Shown one piece after another: positions 17,474 to 25,818 of a DNA stretch of 28,506 nt (the first letter of the stretch is position 1; the number at the start of each line of letters is the position of its first letter). The notes under the pieces are model-generated. The model was given only the letters and a program-made list of their open reading frames with translations, ran no database searches and was not told where the DNA came from. The DNA is from Pseudothermotoga sp. (GTDB lineage: Bacteria; Thermotogota; Thermotogae; Thermotogales; DSM-5069), in assembly GCA_041640575.1 (NCBI GenBank), contig JBEPZZ010000020.1:1-28506 (forward strand), given 5' to 3'. A program made the translations under genes and the position numbers.

Positions 17474-19000
17474 GTGGAAAAAGCTGTTGAAATGATCAAC
17501 ATAGTGAAGAAGTTCCCTGGTGTTTTGGCCAACGACAACGTCAATCTCACTGTTTTGAAAGGTGAAATACATGCGGTAGTTGGAGAAAATGGTGCCGGAA
17601 AAACTACTTTGATGAACCAACTTTACGGATTGTTGAAACCAGATTCTGGTGTAATCAAGATTTTCGGCGAAGAAGTTCACTTTAAGGGTCCTAGAGACGC
17701 GATAGCTAAAGGTATAGGAATGGTCCACCAACATTTTATGTTAGTCAACAACCTAAGTGTTGCCGAAAATGTTGTGCTTGGTTCTGAGACAACTAAAGGC
17801 ATTGTTTTCGATTTGAAAACAGCCAGATCTAAGGTTGAAGAACTATCAAAGAGTTATGGTTTAGTTGTCGACCCGACAGCGAAGATTGAGGACTTACCCG
17901 TTGGAATGCAACAAAGAGTCGAGATCATTAAAACACTTTACAGGGGAGCTGAAGTACTGATTCTCGATGAGCCTACTGCAGTTTTAACACCTCAAGAAAC
18001 AGAAGAATTATTCGAGATTCTAAGAAAGCTGAAAAACTCAGGCAAAACTATCATATTTATTTCACATAAACTTGATGAAGTTATGGAAATTAGTGATCGA
18101 ATAACTGTGATGCGCCAAGGGCGGGTAGCAGGGGTTCTGGAAAAAGTTAAAACAAATCCCAGGGAAATCGCAAGATTAATGGTAGGAAGAGATGTGGTTT
18201 TCACAGTTGAAAAATCTCCACCAAAGGTTGGTGAAGTAGTTCTAAAGGTGGAAAATCTTTGGATAAGAGATTATAGGCATCTTGATGCAGTCAAAGGTGT
18301 TAATTTTGAAATACGTGCAGGGGAAATATACGGAATAGCTGGAGTAGCTGGAAATGGTCAGACTGAGCTAGTTGAGGCTTTAACAGGCTTGCGAAAAGTC
18401 GAAAAAGGTAGAGTAATCTTTCTTGGACAAGATGTGACAAACAAGTCTGTTGGAGAACTGCGAAAATTGGGGCTTGCACACATACCTGAAGATAGACATA
18501 AATATGGTCTTGTCTTGCAATTTACCGCGTACTATAACGTCATTTTAGGTAGGCATGCTAGTGCTCCTTTTGCTAAGTTTGGTTTTCTCCTACATAATGA
18601 CATTTCTTCGTTTGCTACCAATTTATTCGAAGAATTTGATGTACGACCAAGAAACGTGAAGATGCCTGGTATGAATTTCTCAGGTGGAAATCAACAAAAA
18701 CTAGTTGTTGCACGTGAAATGAGTGCGAAGCCCAAGTTGATAGTTGTAGCACAGCCTACGCGAGGACTTGATGTTGGAGCCACTGAATTCATCCATAGAG
18801 CAATTTTGAGGCTCAGAGACAGCGGAGTAGCAGTTCTTTTGGTCTCAATGGAACTAGATGAAATTCTTTCATTAAGTGACAGACTGGCCGTAATGTACAA
18901 CGGTGAGTTTATGGGCGAGGTTGATCCAAAGTTGGTTAGTATTGAAGAGATCGGTCTGATGATGGCTGGGCACCGAATCGAATTTGCTGGGAGGCATTGA
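17474..19000 (+). CDS. ABC transporter ATP-binding protein (CUT2, 508 aa)
   Basis: GENGAGKT, ILDEPT, FSGGNQQK and QPTRGLD. Start moved to GTG 17474 after GGGGGT. Confidence 0.95.
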   Translation: MEKAVEMINIVKKFPGVLANDNVNLTVLKGEIHAVVGENGAGKTTLMNQLYGLLKPDSGVIKIFGEEVHFKGPRDAIAKGIGMVHQHFMLVNNLSVAENVVLGSETTKGIVFDLKTARSKVEELSKSYGLVVDPTAKIEDLPVGMQQRVEIIKTLYRGAEVLILDEPTAVLTPQETEELFEILRKLKNSGKTIIFISHKLDEVMEISDRITVMRQGRVAGVLEKVKTNPREIARLMVGRDVVFTVEKSPPKVGEVVLKVENLWIRDYRHLDAVKGVNFEIRAGEIYGIAGVAGNGQTELVEALTGLRKVEKGRVIFLGQDVTNKSVGELRKLGLAHIPEDRHKYGLVLQFTAYYNVILGRHASAPFAKFGFLLHNDISSFATNLFEEFDVRPRNVKMPGMNFSGGNQQKLVVAREMSAKPKLIVVAQPTRGLDVGATEFIHRAILRLRDSGVAVLLVSMELDEILSLSDRLAVMYNGEFMGEVDPKLVSIEEIGLMMAGHRIEFAGRH

Positions 19001-19002
19001 AG

Positions 19003-20040
19003 TTGAACAGCAAAATATGGTCATTTTTGGTTCCGATTGTTTCTGTGATAATAGCCTTGTTAATTTCATCGGTAATTATCCTGCTGATAGGTCAAAATCC
19101 AATTACAGCGTACATGGCTCTTCTTAGAGGAGCATTCGGTTCGCGGCTCGAAATAGCGTCAACAATTGTCAAGACAACGCCTTTGATCCTAACGGGCCTT
19201 GCAGTTGGTTTTGGCTTTAGAGCTGGTTTATTTAACATTGGTGCTGAAGGTCAAATGATAATCGGTGCAATGATAGCGACTGCCTTTGCTATAAACATCA
19301 AATGGATGCCAGCTATCCTCGCAATCCCGTTGACGATGTTAGTCGGAATGCTTGGAGGAGCAGTTTATGCAGGAATCATAGGTATATTGAAAGCCAAGAC
19401 AGGAGCGCACGAAGTCGTTTCAAGTATCATGCTTAACTGGATTGCGGAATATCTTTCAAGTTATGTTGTTACTGTGCCAATGGGAGTGGGGTACGGAACG
19501 CCAAAGAGTCCGGAGATTGCCGATTCAGCAAAATTGCCACCGCTCATGACTATTCAAGCCACGGAATTGACGTCAGGCATAATCGTTGCAATACTTGCAG
19601 CTATCATAATGTACGTTGTTTTGGAAAAGACCAGCAAAGGTTACGAGTTCAAAGCCGCTGGTTTTAATCCGTACGCAGCTGAGTATGCTGGGATAAGGTT
19701 ATCACAGAATATAATTCTGGCGATGGCAATAAGTGGAGCTCTTGCAGGTTTAGCGGGTACGCTTGAAGTTATGGGAGTTCATCACAGATTCCTTGGTACG
19801 CTTTCTGGCGGAAAGGGATTCGATGGTATATCCATAGCACTGATTGGCCAAAATCACCCCATTGGAATCATCTTCGCAGCCTTCTTGATTGGATCATTGC
19901 GAACCGGTTCAAACGAAATGCAATTTGTGGGTGTTCCAAAGCATATCATCATGATAGTACAGGCCATAGTGATCTTTCTTGTTGCTGCAGATAGGATTGT
20001 CAGAACTATCTTGATAAGAAAGAAGAAGGTGGTAGCTTGA
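19003..20040 (+). CDS. ABC transporter permease
   Basis: FNIGAEGQ, HEVVSSIMLN and GFDGISIAL. TTG 19003 is 8 nt after GGAGG, whereas TTG 18997 is only 2 nt after it. Confidence 0.92.
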   Translation: MNSKIWSFLVPIVSVIIALLISSVIILLIGQNPITAYMALLRGAFGSRLEIASTIVKTTPLILTGLAVGFGFRAGLFNIGAEGQMIIGAMIATAFAINIKWMPAILAIPLTMLVGMLGGAVYAGIIGILKAKTGAHEVVSSIMLNWIAEYLSSYVVTVPMGVGYGTPKSPEIADSAKLPPLMTIQATELTSGIIVAILAAIIMYVVLEKTSKGYEFKAAGFNPYAAEYAGIRLSQNIILAMAISGALAGLAGTLEVMGVHHRFLGTLSGGKGFDGISIALIGQNHPIGIIFAAFLIGSLRTGSNEMQFVGVPKHIIMIVQAIVIFLVAADRIVRTILIRKKKVVA

Positions 20041-20993
20041 CACGAGTCTTGATAGCCCTTGGAGAGATCTTTACCAATCCGGCTTTTTATAAGCTTACTC
20101 TGACAGCTGCAACCCCCTTCATATTTGCGTCACTCGGAGGGGTATTCAGCGAAGTGACAGGTGTAGTAAACATAGCACTCGAAGGAATAATGTTGATGGC
20201 TGCATTTTGGTCTGTAGTTTTCACTACGATCACTGGTAATCCGTGGATAGGACTTCTATTCGCGATTTTGGTCGGCCTCGGAATGGCATGGTTACACGCA
20301 TGGGCGAGCATAAAATGGCGGGGTAATCAGATCGTGTCTGGGACCGCTTTAATACTTTTAGCTCAAGGCGTCACTGGTTTTTTGATGGAACCAATTTTTG
20401 GCAGACCTGGTCAGACTGACATAGTCAGTCGAATACCAGAGATCAAAATTCCTTTCTTTTCACAAAATTCGTTTTTAGCTCAATCGATAGGAGAACTCAG
20501 TCCGATGGTATACATGGCTTTTGGAATGGTAGCCCTTGCTTGGTTCATAATATACAAGACAAAATTGGGTTTGCGAATGAGAGCTGTTGGGGAGAATCCA
20601 GAAGCAGCAGACACATTAGGGGTGAACGTCTACATGATACGCTATTTTGGCGTATTGATGAGCGGTGTCATGGCTGCCTTGGGTGGGGCATTTCTAAGCA
20701 TCGGAGAGGTTGGAAACTTCAGAGAACTTATGACTGGTGGAAGAGGTTTCATCGCTTTGGCTGCCATGATTTTGGGCAACTGGAATCCTATCGGAGCAAT
20801 GTGGGCAAGTTTGTTGTTTGGTTTCTCAGAGGCCCTCGCTAATCAGCTTCAAAGTAGTCCGTTGCTAAGAGTGGCTTCAAGTACTAAACCCTTGTTCAAT
20901 ATGTTCCCGTTCATAGTTACTTTGATAGTCATTGCAGGTTTCATTGGGAAAACAAGACCGCCAGCTGCCGATGGTATACCATATGAAAAATAA
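20037..20993 (+). CDS. ABC transporter permease
   Basis: VNIALEGIML, RAVGENP, GRGFIALAA and C-terminal PPAADGIPY. Confidence 0.93.
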   Translation: MTRVLIALGEIFTNPAFYKLTLTAATPFIFASLGGVFSEVTGVVNIALEGIMLMAAFWSVVFTTITGNPWIGLLFAILVGLGMAWLHAWASIKWRGNQIVSGTALILLAQGVTGFLMEPIFGRPGQTDIVSRIPEIKIPFFSQNSFLAQSIGELSPMVYMAFGMVALAWFIIYKTKLGLRMRAVGENPEAADTLGVNVYMIRYFGVLMSGVMAALGGAFLSIGEVGNFRELMTGGRGFIALAAMILGNWNPIGAMWASLLFGFSEALANQLQSSPLLRVASSTKPLFNMFPFIVTLIVIAGFIGKTRPPAADGIPYEK

Positions 20994-21429
20994 GCTGTAT
21001 CAACAGAAAAGAATATCCTAGAGTGTTGTTTTTTTGATTCTTCTAAAGAAATACGTTCGAAACGTTTCTAGGAGCCCTCAAAGTCGGCTTGCAAGCGAAT
21101 TAAAAAGTCCTTCGTAACTTAGAACTGATTACTCTGAGACAGATCGTTTAGCAACGGAAAAACTTTCCTCTAACTTTAGCGTTAAGCTGCAAAAATCTTA
21201 TCGAGATACGAGTTTTAGCTTTTTGCAAATCAGGAATATTCGCATCAAATTTCTGTAGAAGAATTAATTCTCAGCATGAAAAATCTTGCGTTAATAAGCT
21301 TCTGAACAACTAAATTCGCTGAGGAACTAAAAGATAACTAGAACAACTTGGCGTGCCCAAATCTTAGACTCATTTGGTTTTTCAACTTTTTGAGAAGATA
21401 AGACTGTGTATAAGCTTTTTTGCAATTGG

Positions 21430-23484
21430 TCAATCTGTCTTTTCCTCAATTTTGAAAACAACTTCGTCTCCGTCACATAATTCTTGGACAAAACTAGCAC
21501 TCTTTCCGTTCACCAAAAGAACGTACTCTTTTACTTTCTTGGGATTGAAATCAATGAGGTTGAAAATATCTGCGACGATTGGTTTGTAACTTTCGTGAAC
21601 GATGCTCATCCCATTAATTAAAGGTGTGTCCAAGGGCACGTAATTTCCATCAACCATAACCAAACTATCTTTACGACTTAACGTAACCTCTGAATCGTTC
21701 AATTTGATCTTTATGGGTTTTGAGGTATCAACAACATCTCTTAACGTCTTGGGGACCGTCTCAAAGATCACGTAGGTTTCTGATTCACTTTCCTTTATTT
21801 CCACTAAATTGTAACGATATCTCTTAGCTTGCTTTTTCTCGCCATTGTAGTAATAATGAATATCCTCTGTCTCGTTTTCTAAATGTTGAACTAGTTGGTG
21901 CGGATCAATTTTTTCGACTGTTATGTCATCTTTTTCCTTGATTTCATAATTCAAGTCCTCCATTAATTGGTTGTTTACCAAGACCTTTGGAAAGAATCTG
22001 TTTCTTTCTTTCCCATCCACTATTACAACAAAAGGCTTAACATATTTGGACAGTGAACATTCCTGGTCCAGACCATATGGGATTTTTTCGACAGTTAAAA
22101 CATCGCCGCTGTTCAATCTTCGATAAAGAGCCGTTTCACTGCCATTGAGAAGAACTCTCAGTCCACCGATTTTTCTTTGTGGGATTGTTATTGATTCGCC
22201 GTTGAACCGAAAAGTTAATGATGGTCTAACATCTCCAAGAATATCGTTCAAATTAAAACCAACTTGCAGCAGAGCATGTAAAATGGTTTGGCCTTGACCA
22301 ATTCTCAACAGCTTAACTTTCTCTCCATTAATTTCAACTATATCGTATATACTTCCGATATCACGAGCAGCCATGTAGGCTATTCCAGAAACAGTTACAT
22401 ATTCACTTCCTTTGAAATCTTCCTTCAATATTTTAACCTTGTCTAAAGATTCAACAGTCTTCAGAGATATTCTTCCCTCGGGTATCTGTAGAGACCTAGC
22501 TATTTCTCTTTGAAGGATGGAAAGTTTGGCTCCACCACCAACTAACAACACTGCGCTTGGGACACCACCATTCAGTTTTACAATTCTTTCAGCTATTTCC
22601 TGGGCAATAGTTTGAACTATTTGTTTTATTGATTCGAATACTTCTTGGCTGTTCAACCTAGTTGTTTGATTAGTTATTGACAAAGCTTCTACATATTCTG
22701 TTGTATCAAGGCGTCTTTTAACTTGCTCAGCAGTTTGAAAGTCTAGCAAATAGTTCTGGGCGAGAACTTCTGTAATCTCATCGCCTGCCATTGGTACCAT
22801 GTCATAGCCAACAATTGAACCAGCTTTTGAAATTGCAATGTCACTCGTGCCAGCACCTATATCGACAAGCGCTATGTTCAAGATTCTTAAATCCTCTGGA
22901 ACGGAGATTTCAAGCGCTGCAATGGGTTCCAATGTCATGAAAAATGGCCTTAAACCCACCTTTTTGAGAGTCATCAACATAGCCTCTACAACCTGGTTGG
23001 GAAGTAAAGCGGCAACAATCTTAGTATAAGCCTTCTTACCTCTATGTCCTACGAGGCTTTTCATCCAAAAACCATCCAGTCTGTAATCAACTGCCGAATA
23101 ACCCACACATTGCAGCTCTGTGCCATCCTCATCTATTATTGGAACTTTTGACAAAGCCATCAGTTCCAACTGTTTGACGATGTCCACATCAATAACAGCG
23201 TTCGGAATATCTATTTCTGCCTCGCTAACAACTGTTTTCAGGAATCTACCAGCCACTGCTACCGCGACTTCTTCGAGTTTGATTTCGTTCCTATCTTCAA
23301 GTCTCTTCTTTATAGCAGATATGACTTTGGCGACCCCTTCAATATTGTGAATCTGACCATCCAACATATATCTGTACGGATGTTCTATAGTTTCAAAATC
23401 TATGACATGAAGTATATCTTCTTCAACATAACCAAGAAGTCCAGTAACTTTTCTTGTGCCAACGTCTAGAGCGAAGATCACCAA
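21430..23484 (-). CDS. FtsA/PilM-like actin-fold ATPase with a long C-terminal extension (684 aa)
   Basis: ALDVGTRKV, LEPIAA, LVDIGAGTSD and LLVGGGAKL. About 300 extra C-terminal aa. TTG start after GGAGGTG. Confidence 0.85.
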   Translation of the reverse strand: MVIFALDVGTRKVTGLLGYVEEDILHVIDFETIEHPYRYMLDGQIHNIEGVAKVISAIKKRLEDRNEIKLEEVAVAVAGRFLKTVVSEAEIDIPNAVIDVDIVKQLELMALSKVPIIDEDGTELQCVGYSAVDYRLDGFWMKSLVGHRGKKAYTKIVAALLPNQVVEAMLMTLKKVGLRPFFMTLEPIAALEISVPEDLRILNIALVDIGAGTSDIAISKAGSIVGYDMVPMAGDEITEVLAQNYLLDFQTAEQVKRRLDTTEYVEALSITNQTTRLNSQEVFESIKQIVQTIAQEIAERIVKLNGGVPSAVLLVGGGAKLSILQREIARSLQIPEGRISLKTVESLDKVKILKEDFKGSEYVTVSGIAYMAARDIGSIYDIVEINGEKVKLLRIGQGQTILHALLQVGFNLNDILGDVRPSLTFRFNGESITIPQRKIGGLRVLLNGSETALYRRLNSGDVLTVEKIPYGLDQECSLSKYVKPFVVIVDGKERNRFFPKVLVNNQLMEDLNYEIKEKDDITVEKIDPHQLVQHLENETEDIHYYYNGEKKQAKRYRYNLVEIKESESETYVIFETVPKTLRDVVDTSKPIKIKLNDSEVTLSRKDSLVMVDGNYVPLDTPLINGMSIVHESYKPIVADIFNLIDFNPKKVKEYVLLVNGKSASFVQELCDGDEVVFKIEEKTD

Positions 23485-23486
23485 AA

Positions 23487-25787
23487 CTACACCTCCACAA
23501 CGGTAACGCCAGTACCACCTTCAGCTGGAGTTCCAAATCTGTATTTTTTGACACGACTATCACTTCTTAAGATTTCCCAGATACCTACAGCTAACCTTCC
23601 TGTACCTTTTCCATGTATTATTGAACCTGTTTTAAAGTTGGATCGAACTAATTTATCTATAAAATCTTCAACAATTGGTTCAGCCTCTTCAACAGTTAGT
23701 CCTCTTATGTCTATTTCGGGTTTGACTAATTCAGTGAAAACCGGTTGTACCTGCTTTTCTTCTGAATCCTTTATGAAAGTTTTTACAACACTTCCCGGAT
23801 AAGTCTCGAGTCTTATTCCCTTGAAGTCGATAACTAGCTTTCCACCCCTCATTTCAACGACCCTACCAATGGCATCTCCATTCTTGAGTCGAACGTAATC
23901 TCCTACGTTAATTTCTTGAGAGTTAGCCAACTCATTTGGAATCTCAAGATCCTTCAGCATTCTTGTTTGTTTTTCAAGAACTTTTGAAGCAGATCTCAGA
24001 GATTCGACGTTATCATTCTTTTGCTTCAAATTGCTGATCGCTTCATCGATTTGCCTTTTCATCTCTCGAATATATTCGTAGGTTTTTCTCAGTTCGTCGT
24101 CAAGTTCTTCTATTCTTTTTGATTTAAGATCCCGATATTTCTTTTCGTAATCCAGACGCATCTTCTCAATTGTTTCTTTCTCCTTTTCAAGTTCCTCTGT
24201 TCTTTTCGCCAGGATTGTTACTTGCTCCTGGTAGTCTCTCAACACTTTTTCCATATCCAGGTAATCCTTTCCTAGCAGCTGCTGTGCTCTTTGAAGCACG
24301 GTTTCGTCCAAACCAAGCTTTCTTGCAATTTCGAAGGCATGCGATGCACCTGGAACACCAAGCAATATTCTGTAAGTTGGAGATAAAGTTTCTGGGTCGA
24401 ACTCCACTGAAGCACTAACCAGTTCTGGATCGTTTGCAGCATAAACTTTAATTGGTGTTAAGTGTGTGGTGACGATAAACTTTGCTTTTAATTCTTTTAA
24501 TTTTTCAATTAGAGCAAGCGCGAGGGCGGCTCCTTCTAAAGGATCTGTTCCAGATCCAAGTTCATCAAAGAGGACCAAAGTATTCTCATCAGCAATTTCG
24601 AGAGCCAAAACGATATTACTAAGATGAGACGAAAAGGTGCTTAGATTTTGCTCTATACTTTGTTCATCTCCAATATCGACGACAATTTTCGAAAATCCAA
24701 ACAATTCAGAGTCGGGTGAACAAGGTAATGGGAAACCAGCCATCATCATGACGCAGAACAATCCAACAGTCTTGAGTGATACCGTTTTTCCTCCCATGTT
24801 GGGGCCGGTTAATACCAGCCCCTGTTTATCCTTCGGAAGTATTATGTCAACTGGGACAACGATCTGGGGATTCAACAGTGGATGTCTTGCTTTCATAAGC
24901 TTAATAATTCTTGATGTCGATGGGTAAATAACCGTCGCATTATATTTATTCGCAAACAATGCTCTGGCACGCAAAGAGTCAATTTGTGCTACAATTTCCA
25001 AACTTTTCTTGATCGAGTCAATCTTCTGCAAAATCATCGACGTGAGATTCCTCAGTATCTTTTTTACCTCAATCTCTTCTTCTTCACGAAGCAATCTGAG
25101 CTGATTATTCAAAACTACGAATTCTTCAGGTTCAATGAAATAAGTCGCTGCAGAACCAGATGAAGCATGCACAATGCCCTTTACTTGGTTTTTGTGACTC
25201 GCCCTTATGGGGAAGACATATCTACCATCTCGTACAACAAATATATTGTCCTGCAAAATTGCTTTGTTTGAGGTTATGAAACTTTCAACTTTTTTCCTCA
25301 TCAATTGTGTCATATGTTTTATTTCATTCCTTATTCTTCCAAGCTCTTCACTTGCCTCATCTTTCACTAAACCATCTTCGGAAATACATCTTCTAATGTT
25401 CATCACAACATCTTCGAGAGATTCGATCTTTCCCGCTAATCTCTTGATCAAGTCTGACTCCTTGACCTGTACGATTTTCAGTTTCACTGCGTTAGCTGCT
25501 GTTATTCCATCGCAACATTTCAAGAGTTCCTTCGGGTCAAGAATTAAAGTGTTTTGGGCTTTCTCGAGTATTTCTTCTATATCTACTGAAGCAATATTCT
25601 CTGGAAAAACTTCATAACCAGAGGAAGTTATTCGTATCATTTCCTCCACTAGAGATAGTTCTGAATAGCAATCTTGCTTTGGTCTCAAATTGTCCAAGAC
25701 TTTCCGACCAATTCTGGTGAGTGCAAATGATTTTACCAACTCGATTACTTTTTTGAATTCCAATTTTTCAACTGTATAGATTTCTAT
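23487..25787 (-). CDS. mutS2: Endonuclease MutS2 (Smr domain); start probably upstream of TTG 25763
   Basis: GPNMGGKT, IGDEQSIEQNLSTFSSH, DELGSGTDP, TTH, and Smr IHGKGTG...GGTGVT. The frame is open to 25793 and the SD GGAGGTGA is at 25801-25794. Confidence 0.93.
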   Translation of the reverse strand: MEIYTVEKLEFKKVIELVKSFALTRIGRKVLDNLRPKQDCYSELSLVEEMIRITSSGYEVFPENIASVDIEEILEKAQNTLILDPKELLKCCDGITAANAVKLKIVQVKESDLIKRLAGKIESLEDVVMNIRRCISEDGLVKDEASEELGRIRNEIKHMTQLMRKKVESFITSNKAILQDNIFVVRDGRYVFPIRASHKNQVKGIVHASSGSAATYFIEPEEFVVLNNQLRLLREEEEIEVKKILRNLTSMILQKIDSIKKSLEIVAQIDSLRARALFANKYNATVIYPSTSRIIKLMKARHPLLNPQIVVPVDIILPKDKQGLVLTGPNMGGKTVSLKTVGLFCVMMMAGFPLPCSPDSELFGFSKIVVDIGDEQSIEQNLSTFSSHLSNIVLALEIADENTLVLFDELGSGTDPLEGAALALALIEKLKELKAKFIVTTHLTPIKVYAANDPELVSASVEFDPETLSPTYRILLGVPGASHAFEIARKLGLDETVLQRAQQLLGKDYLDMEKVLRDYQEQVTILAKRTEELEKEKETIEKMRLDYEKKYRDLKSKRIEELDDELRKTYEYIREMKRQIDEAISNLKQKNDNVESLRSASKVLEKQTRMLKDLEIPNELANSQEINVGDYVRLKNGDAIGRVVEMRGGKLVIDFKGIRLETYPGSVVKTFIKDSEEKQVQPVFTELVKPEIDIRGLTVEEAEPIVEDFIDKLVRSNFKTGSIIHGKGTGRLAVGIWEILRSDSRVKKYRFGTPAEGGTGVTVVEV

Positions 25788-25818
25788 TTCAATTCACCTC
25801 CGAGCCCTTTACAATTAT

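Noticed and set aside
20994..21429. Possible CRISPR array in the intergenic gap
   Set aside because: No 25-40-bp repeat recurs at regular spacing, and there are no cas genes.
21374..21589. 71-aa + strand ORF overlapping the end of the ftsA-like gene
   Set aside because: Mostly an antisense shadow, with a TTG start and no SD.
21430..23484. Calling this gene canonical ftsA
   Set aside because: No adjacent ftsZ/ftsQ, and the protein is about 270 aa too long with an atypical tail, so the symbol is withheld.
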